Assembly: GCA_008369845.1 (NCBI GenBank)
Contig: MRSU01007313.1
Location: forward strand, 1-36,538
Direction: 5' to 3'
DNA: 36,538 nucleotides
Origin: Trichomonas gallinae
Taxonomy: Eukaryota
Shown here: one piece after another, positions 19,008 through 29,705 of the stretch
Position numbering within the stretch: position 1 is the first letter of the stretch
How the letters are laid out: the number at the start of each line of letters is the position of its first letter
Made by a program: the position numbers and the translations under genes
The notes under the pieces: generated by a model
Databases searched by the model: none
Told to the model about the DNA's origin: nothing
The model's input: the letters and a program-made list of their open reading frames with translations, nothing else

Positions 19008-22000
19008 ATGGGACCGGGTATTTCACAAGTCTCAGGCGATTTAGTCGCAAGAGACGAAGTGCTCGCCAAATACTCGAACAATATTTTCGAATCATCGCCA
19101 GATGAAGTAGCTTTTTCGCGAAAATTCTTAACTGATCTAATATTTCAAGCGAAAAATGATATAGAAAAACCTCCAAATATACCCGAAGACAATGTAATAG
19201 TTGACATTATATCGGATCCTTTCGTTTTTACTCAGGTTGGCACACCTCTTGAAGCTTGGCACAATGTTCTCGCTCAATTGTTCATTGGAAGTGACTCTAC
19301 GAAGCCTGAACTACACCAAGTTCTCATAGAATTTTTCACCTTCTTAAATGCGAGACCGGAAAACATCCTCAACTCCGAAGATCAAGCAATGTTGAAACTT
19401 GAATCTATAAGGGCGGCCGAAAGACAAAAGATTCTCGATGCAATGAATAGATATGATGATACTCCATCGATTGACACAGAAAAATTACTACCTCACCTTA
19501 ATGATCCAAAGGAATTTTTAGCAAATTTGCCAAAATGCTCAAAATGCCCATTCAGATTTCACAAAACATACTTAGAAATGTCTAATATCGTCGATCCAGT
19601 AGGTTCAGAGCCCGATTACGCGTTTCTTCAATTAAGCTGGGGATTACATTCTGGTGAACTCGTGAGTTTGCTTAATGGCTTCATCAGCACGCTCAAGATT
19701 GCCTCGAAGAAAATTGAACCCAACTACAAAATCGAATTATTCGACATAGAACAAAAGTTGCCAAACTTATCTCTGGATAACTCACTGTCACTACCATTCG
19801 CAACCACGGTTATCGGAACCACTGAGATCCCAGGTTCACAGAAATACGATTTGAAAATCAACCAAGTCACTTGTACGGACGGAAGAAATATCTATATTCT
19901 CGAAAACTGCCAGAGACTGAATGTAGTTAAACTTACGGGTGGATTTACTGATAATCAATCGCGATTCTTGAGTTATAAAATCAATATTCCGTTGAAAGAA
20001 ATTACATCGGTTTCTCTCGTGAATAGTGGCAATTATCTTTACATTATCGCTCCAGAAATACCAGACGGCAAGATTTACCAGATCTCGCCGTTCAAAGAAT
20101 TAAGCGAGTCTTTGAAATACGAGTCTGCTGGATTATTCAGAAGCCCACACAAGATTACATCACCAGCTGTTGGCGATGGTGAATTCATTTATTGCTTCAA
20201 CTCAAAGAAAATCTCGATTTTCAAAATTGATCAATTCGATGTTACTTTCATTCGCGAGGTTGAATTGTTCCAGACAGATACACCACTTTTACCGCCATTT
20301 AACAAGAAATTACTCTCTAATAAGTGGATGCTTGAAACAGTTCAATATGCAAGCGGCAACACATTCACTTTCTTGATCTTTTCGAAGCGCACTGAGACAA
20401 AGATCGAATATTTCTCACGCAGCTTCTCATTAATCGACGGCCGCCATATCGGAGATTCAATTTTCACGATTAAATTCCCAATTCTCGACGTTGTCTGTGA
20501 TCCATGGAATGTATGCCTTTGGGCTGTTTCATATGCATCATCCGGTTTATCACTTGTCAAGCTCCATATGCATGGATCTCAGCCTTCATGGCTTACAGGC
20601 GTTCCAATCGCCAACATCCCAGCATTTGATGATGTACAAGTTGCATTTGGTGGTGTCCATAGCCTTACAACAGCAGTTGTTGCAGTTTCAAACTTTTTGC
20701 AATATTTCCCACCCCATTACGTCGGATGCAGCGTTCGTGCGGAATTATGCGTCTCCAACTTCTGCCTTGATACGTCGAACTTCTTCTGCCCATGTACTCA
20801 AAGGGCCGTCGTCGGAATTCTTGAAGCAATCAAATTCCTCAAACTATTCTACCGCAAAATGCCTGAATCCTCACCTATTTCTCTCGCAGATGTCCAGCGC
20901 GTCCTCATCTCCATGCTCTGCCTCCTCCAAATCAACTTGATGAACATCCACCACATGAAGCTCGCGGACAGACTCGATACGGAAACTCGCACATTGTTAA
21001 ACGAAGTTCTGATTGACACATTCGACAAGGACGAATACGAATTCGCATTCAGAGTCACATGCTACGTAATCATCACATGCTTCCCGCTTGTCTTCATTGA
21101 CGGAAACGCGAGATGCGCGTCGGTCTTCAAGAGATTAGTCGAGAAAAGCTCGTTTAATTTCGTTTACGCTATGTTACATAACCTTCAGACTGATCATTAT
21201 TTCTCTTACTGCTTCACGCACTCGTCATGTCTTAACACGTTCACTGATCTTCTCGATAACTACGCGAAAGCGCCAAACAAGCTTTCGCAGACAAGCTACG
21301 AGATCATTACTTACTTCCAGAGAAACTTGATGATCGAAACAAGAAGAATGTACAACTCGAACCAAGGCGAACTGAATTTGATTGATGAGCAGCGCCAGGC
21401 GACATTCTTGACGTACTCAAGAATCATCTGCGAGAAGTTCGCTGAGTTTATCACGAATCTCAACGGAAACTACAACGAAGCGAAACTCAGAGAGTCATCT
21501 TTCGTAAAGAATTTCAGAAAGTTCTTGCTTCTCTTGCAGCCGCTTTCAAAATTCGCTAGAGTCGCTAAGGAAACAATCAGCATCCTCAAGCCAGTCTTCT
21601 TCGCTATATTGCAGTTCATTGAGAAGAACCAGCTCACGAATGTTTTCTCATCAGACAAGAGAGGATTCCAGCTGATTTTCTCGATCTTATTCGAAGTCTT
21701 CTCTGTTATCATCGAATTCATTATGTCACTTCTCGGTGGCGGCAATGAGCTTGAGAACTCAACGCAGTATCTTTGGCTTGTTAGATCTACAATAGAAGCT
21801 TCAATCAACGAAGAAAACTTCAAAGATTTATACGAAAAAGTTTTCAGTGAGAAAACTTCGAAGGCCGATAAAGAGAAGCTCATTTCATTGGGTATCGATG
21901 ATAGCAAGCTCATTCCTTTCTTAGCCAGATGCATCGACAAGAATGAGTCAGAGGACTTGGGTATTTTGCCTGAGTCATTCTACTCTAAGCAGAACAAACT

Positions 22001-25000
22001 CTTCGCGAAGAAGACGAAGAGCAAAACAATGAGATTGAACGATATATTGACAATCTTCGCTTTAGCCAAGCAATTCAGGGTTGTTCCAGAGCTGATGAAC
22101 ATCTACAAGAGCCTCAAGGAGAAAGGCCAGATGCCAGCACAAGTCTCCTACAAGATGAGAGGCATCATGACAGCTGTCAATGATGTCAGGAACATTCAAA
22201 TCCACGCAAAACAGAAACTGAAGATGAGCACGAACAAGACAGAAGGCCATAAGGGCAAGTATGGAGGCTTTATTGACCAGCTCACTCAGAAGCTTGCTTT
22301 CTTGCTGTTAATCAAGCCGTGCTACAACGGAAACGATCAGTCTTCAACTAATTTCCAGAACCAACTCAAAGTTTTCATGAGATTCATCACAGAAAATATC
22401 CAAATCGACAACGCTTTGCAGCTCATCAAGAGCGCCGAGATTGTCAAGGCCAACATCAGCTTGGGCATTGAGCAGATTCTTGATTTCATGTCTAAGAACA
22501 CAAACAAGACATTGGTTTACTTCATGATCGACAAAATTGTTCACTCGGACAACTTCATCAAATATCTGAGCGCTATCAGACAAATGGAGAAAGAGACAAA
22601 CTGGAAGACAGACTCACCAATCATCAACAAGCTGATGAGCTATCTTTCCAAGCTGATTTCAAACTGCACGGAGCCATCAATGCTCAACTTGATGCTCATC
22701 TTCTACTCCAATATGATTCTTTCGCTCGGCAAAGTTGACATCAACACAATTTTCGAGCCACTGTCAACAATATTGAAGATTATCTACTCCAATCCATTCA
22801 ACCTTCCTCCAGAGATCATCAAGTCATACACAGCACTCGCAACAGCATCATTATACGCGAGTATGGCAGAAACTAAGGAAACTGTTAATCCAGAGCTTCA
22901 AGCAATGATCGCCAGGCAAATCTTCCCTGACAACAAGATCGACATGAACAAGCTGATCGTCGGAAGATTGTTCTTGTCCAGTGGAATCAAACTGAACTTC
23001 AACATGAACGCTTTGATCCACTTCATCAAGACAATCTCGCCGCTTCAATATCAATCAGCTTTCTCTTTCTTATATGAGTACATCAAAACACATGACGATA
23101 AATTGTTGGCCGTCAGATGGTTATTGAAGGAGATTTCTATTATTGTCACAGGCGGAAAGCCGCACTTCAAGATGGGCTCACCATTCTTGTGGCACGCGAC
23201 TGATTCGACAGAACACGTCCACACGCCAGGCACATTTTTGATGGCGTGCAACGCGATGATCTACGTGATGAGAAAATGCCTCAAGGACGGCGGCGAAATG
23301 AGAGAAATCGTCACAAACTTGTTCAACTTCATTCTCGACTACAACATGGCAAGAATGACCCACGAAGTTCCGAAGCAATACCAGAATTTCGTCGACAAGA
23401 GATTCGTCTTCGGTGTTTTCGCAGTTTTGTCGAACTCATTAGACACCGAGCAGCCATATTCACTCATAAAGCACAAGATCACAAACATCGTTTACTACAT
23501 CACTAAAGTTGACCACTTCGAGCAGTGCTACTATGGCTGGAGACTTCCAATTACATCAACATCTGTCTTAGAAAGAATCGAATTTTGCCCACACTTTGTT
23601 ACTAAACTTCTTCTTCCATTCGAAGCTGAAATGTATCCAGACTACGAGAGACTCATCCCTTACTTCAAGATCGCTCTTCTCGAGAGCCAGAGCTCGTACA
23701 CGAAGGAAGCTTTAGCTTATTTCATCTTGTCGTCTCTTTCAGTTTATTGCTCTAACCAGAAATTCTTAGTCGACTTCTTGGGCAGTGGAATTCCATTCCA
23801 ACTCTCTAGATACAATGTCCATGACTACGCCAAGGACTTCATCGATATATTGAGAGCTCACCTTTCTACACCATCTGCTGGATTCTGTGTTCCTCTCTCA
23901 ACATCACCGAGATTATCATATTGCTCGATGACTAACATTTCAGATCCGAATATCTGCAAAGTCACAGACTATTCGATCGTTGTTAACTGCGGCCCGCAGA
24001 GCTTCATTTCTGACCCACTTGATCCAAACGAGACAACATTCTTACACTTGGAGTTCATCCCTAAGACAGACTTCGAAGTCGGTCTTCACTTCTTCTCACT
24101 TCACTCGTCAACATCAGAGACATTCATCTTGAATTCAGATGGCGAAGCTATTTACAATGGCTGCGATGTTGAAACAATTCCATTCATCATCTCATTCACT
24201 GATGTAACTCTCGCATATGCCCCTCGCAAACAGAAATTATTCATTTACGATGGATCAATGAGAGTTTTCACATATAACACACCACATGGAATTGCTTCAT
24301 TCATCTTGCACACATTCTCTCCGTGCGATGTCCACTATTCGATCGGCCCATCTCCACCAGCGAACATTTCGATGAACGAGTCAGTCGAGAGATTGTGTCC
24401 ATCTGCCGGAAAGACAGTCTTCAAGCGCAGCAAGCAGAAGATGCCTTTCGACGAGAAAATCAAGAAGGGATCATTCGTGCAGACGAATGCACAGAGAATT
24501 GTCCCGAAGAAGCCGACATTCCAGACACTCGACGACTTGAGAGATGAGTTCGTTTACGACGACTCCGTCAAGCCGCCACCAATCGTTTCATATCCAGCAG
24601 GCATCATCAAGAAGCTCGGCCACACTCTTAAGATCGACAACGAAGAAGAGATCAAGGCTCAATTGTTGACATTCCCGACAGCTAAACTCACTCACACATC
24701 GAATACAGGCACCAAATGCCCGAACGTCATCTATCACGAGTTATCTCACAATCACGGCAGTGTCATCAGAGGATTCCCGCCGACAATGATGCCAGTTTTC
24801 GTTGACGACAACAGCGGAGATGTCACTAAGCTCGAAGATCCAATCATCCAGGCAATGAACAGTTTCCTGCCTCTCCATCCGTCTTCTTACTCAATACTTC
24901 CAGCTGAGATCCTCAACTTCTACGCAACAGGTTATGTCTCATATCAGAGAGGAGACACGCAGAACAACATCTTCCTTTATGCTGTCACATCACCACTCAT

Positions 25001-27923
25001 TGGCGCGAAGAAGGCAATTGAAGTGTTCAAGATCCCACTGCATAACTTGATTGAATTCTCTTTGACTCTTTTGTTGCACATCGAGCCAATCAGATCACAG
25101 AACATTCAGAACAAAGAGTGCCCGATTGACTTCTCTGTCAACGCATTGGCAGACAACCACCATGTCATTGGCGCCAACTACATCCACAAGCAGGCAATCG
25201 ACAGGATCTTCAAGTACATCATCGACGAAGGCCTCGTGACAGAAGCAGCAAAGATCTGGGATCATCTGTTGAATCAGTTGTTCTCTGATTGCGGACTTCA
25301 CTTCGTTAAGCGCGGACAGCCACACGCAATTATCTCGCAATTGGCAGCTCTTGGACAGCCAAGAGAAATCTCAGATCCAACAGCGAAAGGATTCATTTTG
25401 TTCAGAGCTGGTTTCAACAACGAAGGCTCAGTGATAATTAAGGAAGGCAAGAAAGAAGAGAAGTTCTCACAAGGAATTTTCTTCGTCCAGTCGAACTCAT
25501 TCACTTTGATTCACGGTGATGCTATCGGTGACGGTGTTGTTTCTCTTCCTGTCTTCCCATCATCCAACGAGTCATTCTTTGGAACATTCTTCGAATTGGC
25601 GACATCATACAAATACTTCATCTACTTCTTGTCGATGTGCCAGAACCAGATAAAGAACATCTCAGAATTCAAGAGCCACGCGTATATCCACTTCATCGAC
25701 TCATTCATCGTCATGTCGCCTTTCTTCCAGAAATACGGCAGCAAGATCCTCGAATTCTTGTGCCAGGTTCTTCCGTTGAATTCTCTCGATCTTGCGGGTG
25801 AAATCATTGTCAGATTGTCAGTTTTATCTGTTTACTCGTCAGAAAACAGCAAACAGGCAACAATCAGGCAGTTCTTGATCGACCAGCAGACGACAATCAA
25901 CGAAAGAGTTTACCTTCCACTCCGCGCTTTCTTCACTCCATTCAACACAGAAGCCTCCAAGCTCGAAATCGAGATGGCTCCGAAGCCAATTCCAGAGTGG
26001 CAGATGCCAGACATCACATTCCCGAACGAGCTGAGACTCGGCACAGATCCAAGCGAGTTCGCGGCGATGTTGATGAGAATGACAGCGCAGAGATCGAAGT
26101 TGGAAGGCTTCCCATTCCACTTAGTCATGAGAGAATGGATTGCGAACGCCAGATCATTCCCGAACTTCGACATGCAGAGGATTTCAGACACAGAACACAA
26201 AGTTACTGTTCTCACGCAGTTCCCAGACACCTGCATGCTCCACCTTGTCTCCAACGGCGACTTCAGCAAATTCGGCAAGATGAAATTACCAGGCGAAGAT
26301 TCATACCATCAGCCAGTCGAGTTCCCAGCGTCGATCAAGGAGTTCTACGTCTGCGTCGAAGAAGACCCAGCGAACCCGATCAACGCCAAGTTCTTCATCA
26401 AGAGCGATGATACGACTGACATGAGGGATTTCATCATAATGAACAAGAACCAGTTCGTGTCAGACATCGACAGATTATTCTGCGCCGAATCCACCGACTT
26501 CATGACTGACGAAAGCAACCAGACGATCCTCCAGAACATTCCGATCGAGACATTCATGAACAGGACAATCAACACCACAGTCACATGCGCAATGATTCTC
26601 GGCTGCCCAGCAACAATTCCAGCACACATCATTGCTTTGAGATTCAGAGTTCTTCTTCCAATGAACTGGCTCATCTTCCAGAACTTGACCGGTGCCACTG
26701 ACTCCCAGATCAGATATGCTTCGAGAATGATGCCACACATGCTCAAGCTCAACAAGTTCATGGCTTTGATCGACAGCAGGTCCAACGACAACCAGCACAC
26801 ATTCGAAGTCGACAGAATCAAAGCGTGCGATGTCAGAGATGGAACATCATCAGATTTGTCTCAGACATTCATCGCACAATTCGCAAAGGCTTACAAAGTC
26901 GTCAAGCTCTACAGAAAACGCGGCGACCAGCCATTCAAGGTCAGATTCTCGAAGGAAATCGGTACAGATCAAGGTGGTATCGCTAAGGAGTTCATCGTTG
27001 AAGCACTCAAGGACATTACTCTTCCAACAACAGGTTTGTTCGTTCGCGCGCCAAACGCAGAAGGAGGCGACGCAACGAACTCAGACACATTCATCCCAAT
27101 CGCATCATCCAAGATCCACGACCCACACAAGCTCTACAGAGCTATTGGCGCAATTTTGGCCATTTCCATCAGGTCAACGAACTGCCGCGATGTTCCTTTG
27201 GCTCCGTTCGTGTGGAACTTCTTGGCGACAAGGAAGATAACCATCGAAGACATTTTCTCTGTCGATTCATCATATAGAGACTTAATCGCTTCTCTTGAAG
27301 CCGCCCTAGACATGGGCATGGATGATGAAACGTTCAGGAACAGATTCAATCTTTCGTTCGTTGTCAGGTCAGCGACGGGAGACGAAATCGCTCTGACAGA
27401 ACTCGGCAGAACTAAAGTCGTCACCCCAGCGAACTGCAGAGAGTTCATTTCGCTCTCCAACGACTACAGGCTCAGCGAGATCAGGACTAACCTCAACTCT
27501 ATGTGGGAAGGACTCTGGGAGAACCTCGACTTAAAGCCGCCGCCATTCGTCAACGGATCATTGATAAGATACTGCGTCTGCGGCGAATCATCACTGACAC
27601 CAGATGATTTGCTCAAAGTCACCAAATTCGACTCCAGCGTCAACAAGAGCGACAGGGAACAGTTCATCAAGATCCTCAAGACATTCTCAACAGAGCAGTG
27701 TGCGATGCTACTGAAGTTTGCAACAGCAAGAGAAAAGCTTCCTTCTCAGCAACAAAGCGGACCAGTTTTAATCGTCGACGCTGACAGAACTAAAATTGAC
27801 AAGTGTCCAACAGCCGCAACATGCTTCAACCAGCTCCACCTTCCTGGTTATTCTTCATACGAAATAGCAAGGAACTTAATTCTCAAAGCAATTACTTACA
27901 CAGGAACATTTGAAAACAAGTAA
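19008..27923 (+). CDS. Giant HECT-domain E3 ubiquitin ligase
   Basis: 2971-aa uninterrupted ORF. C-terminal HECT domain: FKVRFSKEIGTDQGGIAKEF, LLKFATA, CPTAATCFNQLHLPGYSS with the catalytic Cys, and the terminal -4 Phe (TFENK). TCATT initiator at 18981. Confidence 0.93.
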   Translation: MGPGISQVSGDLVARDEVLAKYSNNIFESSPDEVAFSRKFLTDLIFQAKNDIEKPPNIPEDNVIVDIISDPFVFTQVGTPLEAWHNVLAQLFIGSDSTKPELHQVLIEFFTFLNARPENILNSEDQAMLKLESIRAAERQKILDAMNRYDDTPSIDTEKLLPHLNDPKEFLANLPKCSKCPFRFHKTYLEMSNIVDPVGSEPDYAFLQLSWGLHSGELVSLLNGFISTLKIASKKIEPNYKIELFDIEQKLPNLSLDNSLSLPFATTVIGTTEIPGSQKYDLKINQVTCTDGRNIYILENCQRLNVVKLTGGFTDNQSRFLSYKINIPLKEITSVSLVNSGNYLYIIAPEIPDGKIYQISPFKELSESLKYESAGLFRSPHKITSPAVGDGEFIYCFNSKKISIFKIDQFDVTFIREVELFQTDTPLLPPFNKKLLSNKWMLETVQYASGNTFTFLIFSKRTETKIEYFSRSFSLIDGRHIGDSIFTIKFPILDVVCDPWNVCLWAVSYASSGLSLVKLHMHGSQPSWLTGVPIANIPAFDDVQVAFGGVHSLTTAVVAVSNFLQYFPPHYVGCSVRAELCVSNFCLDTSNFFCPCTQRAVVGILEAIKFLKLFYRKMPESSPISLADVQRVLISMLCLLQINLMNIHHMKLADRLDTETRTLLNEVLIDTFDKDEYEFAFRVTCYVIITCFPLVFIDGNARCASVFKRLVEKSSFNFVYAMLHNLQTDHYFSYCFTHSSCLNTFTDLLDNYAKAPNKLSQTSYEIITYFQRNLMIETRRMYNSNQGELNLIDEQRQATFLTYSRIICEKFAEFITNLNGNYNEAKLRESSFVKNFRKFLLLLQPLSKFARVAKETISILKPVFFAILQFIEKNQLTNVFSSDKRGFQLIFSILFEVFSVIIEFIMSLLGGGNELENSTQYLWLVRSTIEASINEENFKDLYEKVFSEKTSKADKEKLISLGIDDSKLIPFLARCIDKNESEDLGILPESFYSKQNKLFAKKTKSKTMRLNDILTIFALAKQFRVVPELMNIYKSLKEKGQMPAQVSYKMRGIMTAVNDVRNIQIHAKQKLKMSTNKTEGHKGKYGGFIDQLTQKLAFLLLIKPCYNGNDQSSTNFQNQLKVFMRFITENIQIDNALQLIKSAEIVKANISLGIEQILDFMSKNTNKTLVYFMIDKIVHSDNFIKYLSAIRQMEKETNWKTDSPIINKLMSYLSKLISNCTEPSMLNLMLIFYSNMILSLGKVDINTIFEPLSTILKIIYSNPFNLPPEIIKSYTALATASLYASMAETKETVNPELQAMIARQIFPDNKIDMNKLIVGRLFLSSGIKLNFNMNALIHFIKTISPLQYQSAFSFLYEYIKTHDDKLLAVRWLLKEISIIVTGGKPHFKMGSPFLWHATDSTEHVHTPGTFLMACNAMIYVMRKCLKDGGEMREIVTNLFNFILDYNMARMTHEVPKQYQNFVDKRFVFGVFAVLSNSLDTEQPYSLIKHKITNIVYYITKVDHFEQCYYGWRLPITSTSVLERIEFCPHFVTKLLLPFEAEMYPDYERLIPYFKIALLESQSSYTKEALAYFILSSLSVYCSNQKFLVDFLGSGIPFQLSRYNVHDYAKDFIDILRAHLSTPSAGFCVPLSTSPRLSYCSMTNISDPNICKVTDYSIVVNCGPQSFISDPLDPNETTFLHLEFIPKTDFEVGLHFFSLHSSTSETFILNSDGEAIYNGCDVETIPFIISFTDVTLAYAPRKQKLFIYDGSMRVFTYNTPHGIASFILHTFSPCDVHYSIGPSPPANISMNESVERLCPSAGKTVFKRSKQKMPFDEKIKKGSFVQTNAQRIVPKKPTFQTLDDLRDEFVYDDSVKPPPIVSYPAGIIKKLGHTLKIDNEEEIKAQLLTFPTAKLTHTSNTGTKCPNVIYHELSHNHGSVIRGFPPTMMPVFVDDNSGDVTKLEDPIIQAMNSFLPLHPSSYSILPAEILNFYATGYVSYQRGDTQNNIFLYAVTSPLIGAKKAIEVFKIPLHNLIEFSLTLLLHIEPIRSQNIQNKECPIDFSVNALADNHHVIGANYIHKQAIDRIFKYIIDEGLVTEAAKIWDHLLNQLFSDCGLHFVKRGQPHAIISQLAALGQPREISDPTAKGFILFRAGFNNEGSVIIKEGKKEEKFSQGIFFVQSNSFTLIHGDAIGDGVVSLPVFPSSNESFFGTFFELATSYKYFIYFLSMCQNQIKNISEFKSHAYIHFIDSFIVMSPFFQKYGSKILEFLCQVLPLNSLDLAGEIIVRLSVLSVYSSENSKQATIRQFLIDQQTTINERVYLPLRAFFTPFNTEASKLEIEMAPKPIPEWQMPDITFPNELRLGTDPSEFAAMLMRMTAQRSKLEGFPFHLVMREWIANARSFPNFDMQRISDTEHKVTVLTQFPDTCMLHLVSNGDFSKFGKMKLPGEDSYHQPVEFPASIKEFYVCVEEDPANPINAKFFIKSDDTTDMRDFIIMNKNQFVSDIDRLFCAESTDFMTDESNQTILQNIPIETFMNRTINTTVTCAMILGCPATIPAHIIALRFRVLLPMNWLIFQNLTGATDSQIRYASRMMPHMLKLNKFMALIDSRSNDNQHTFEVDRIKACDVRDGTSSDLSQTFIAQFAKAYKVVKLYRKRGDQPFKVRFSKEIGTDQGGIAKEFIVEALKDITLPTTGLFVRAPNAEGGDATNSDTFIPIASSKIHDPHKLYRAIGAILAISIRSTNCRDVPLAPFVWNFLATRKITIEDIFSVDSSYRDLIASLEAALDMGMDDETFRNRFNLSFVVRSATGDEIALTELGRTKVVTPANCREFISLSNDYRLSEIRTNLNSMWEGLWENLDLKPPPFVNGSLIRYCVCGESSLTPDDLLKVTKFDSSVNKSDREQFIKILKTFSTEQCAMLLKFATAREKLPSQQQSGPVLIVDADRTKIDKCPTAATCFNQLHLPGYSSYEIARNLILKAITYTGTFENK

Positions 27924-28300
27924 TGTTTTATTTTTTTTTAAAAAATTGTATCTTTTAATATCTACACATTTAACCGAAAAAGGTTCATTTTTCACTACAT
28001 ATTTTGCAATATATAATGAATATTTTATTGATTTTCAAAAATCATTGAGTTGATTGATGTGTGTCAGATAATGAGATATTGGAGTGTTAAAATGACGTTA
28101 TACCATTGCTTGTGGAGTTAATTTGATTCCTTGACTGAAATATTTTTTAACTTTTTACAGCTCTAAATTGGACTAGCGACTTAAAAATACATTGTTTTAT
28201 CGATGGATATAGTGAATTAAATGGAGAAAACTAGTGGTTTACTATAATTTATTGTCGCTTAATTTTATCGTTTGATAAATTTGGTTATCGCCGCGAATTC

Positions 28301-29008
28301 TTAGTCATAGTCTGCTAATCTTGCGAAAACTTCGACACCATCCATGTTTTCGTGCTTAATATTAAATGGAAGATTTTCTCTATCGACAATGTTCAATGCC
28401 GCATTGATAACAACCTTCTTTCTAGCTTCCAAAACCTCTGGCTTCAAAGAGAATGTGCTATAGATAGCAATCGAGCGTTTGCAATCGAATCCCATGTAAT
28501 TAAACGTGTAAGTAATTGGATAAAGAACAGCTTCCATGGAATGAAGCCTTCCGAGGTGCGAATAAGTCTCAATGCCAGCACCAGCGCATAAAACGAACAT
28601 AATCCTTCTTCCGAGCAAAGTTTGCTTGTCGCGAGGCTGTCCAACGACGTAGCCCCATCCTGCTGTGTAGACACGCTGCAGGTATGACCAGAAGCACGCT
28701 GGAAGCGTGAAGAACCAGATTGGAGAGAAAACAATGACGTTTTCCGCCCATGTAACATTATCTTGCTGAATCTGAAGGGCTGGAATCAAGTTTTCACGTT
28801 TTTGCAAAGCGGAAACATTGAATTTTCCTGTTCCAATGTCCAAAAAGTCATCTGGTGATGTATTCTCCTTGAAACCTTCGCGAATTAAATCAACAACTTT
28901 GATTTCGTGGCCAGCTTCTTCAAGAGCCTTCTTTGTTGCGAAGCATAGCTGGTATGTCGTTGATTCCTGCTTGGGATCAGCGTGCGCGACAATGAGAAGA
29001 TACTTCAT
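28301..29008 (-). CDS. Flavodoxin-like fold NAD(P)H:quinone oxidoreductase / flavin reductase family protein
   Basis: True start is probably ATG 29008 (MKYLLIVAHADP; 235 aa), with a TCATT initiator 8 nt upstream (29017-29021). Flavodoxin_2/NQO motifs: LIVAH.P..S.T, EIKVVDL, WAENVIVFSPIWFFTLPA, QRVYTAGWGY. Confidence 0.9.
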   Translation of the reverse strand: MKYLLIVAHADPKQESTTYQLCFATKKALEEAGHEIKVVDLIREGFKENTSPDDFLDIGTGKFNVSALQKRENLIPALQIQQDNVTWAENVIVFSPIWFFTLPACFWSYLQRVYTAGWGYVVGQPRDKQTLLGRRIMFVLCAGAGIETYSHLGRLHSMEAVLYPITYTFNYMGFDCKRSIAIYSTFSLKPEVLEARKKVVINAALNIVDRENLPFNIKHENMDGVEVFARLADYD

Positions 29009-29705
29009 CGCGTAAAAATGAAATAAAACATTCAAAACGCGATCATATCATATAAAAATCAAGGAATTCGCATGTTTACATATATATCTAAACATTGACG
29101 ATCATGTTTTATAGTTTATATTATGACAAACACGAAAGTTTGATGAGATTTGGTAAATTTTATATGTTGGCAACTAAAATTGTGTCTATCTCGTACTTAT
29201 CTATAAGAATATCAGTTTTTAGAGGCGAAGAATTGAATGCCGATAGATAGCAATTGAGATTCGATAGAAAAAAAATATTTTTTGGGAAAAAATTTCAATA
29301 GACCAATTTGGCAAATAAATTTGTAATGAGTGGCTGCTTTTTTATTGATATTGTATTCAAAATTTTAAATTCGCAGAAAAAAATAAAATCAAAAATTAAA
29401 ATATAACGATTTATATCAATATAATGATTGAATCTTCGTATATTTCTCTATTATAAATGATATCAAATGCTGCTGACTTTCTAATTTAATGGTTAAAAAT
29501 ATTTTTTATATTGATATATTTATCTATACATTTAATATATTTCACACATTTACCAATGAGATGTATAATGTAATTCTTTAATCTAAATCATGCTAATCAA
29601 TATCATGATTAAAAAATTTAATAAAATTCTGATTTAGCATCAATATATTCGAATAAATACCATATTTACAAACTAAATTAAACAACAACAAAATTATTAA
29701 AAATC

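Noticed and set aside
20170..27679. Many 60-160 aa ORFs overlapping the HECT gene
   Set aside because: Shadow frames produced by the host gene's codon bias. Many have non-ATG starts and none shows a domain.
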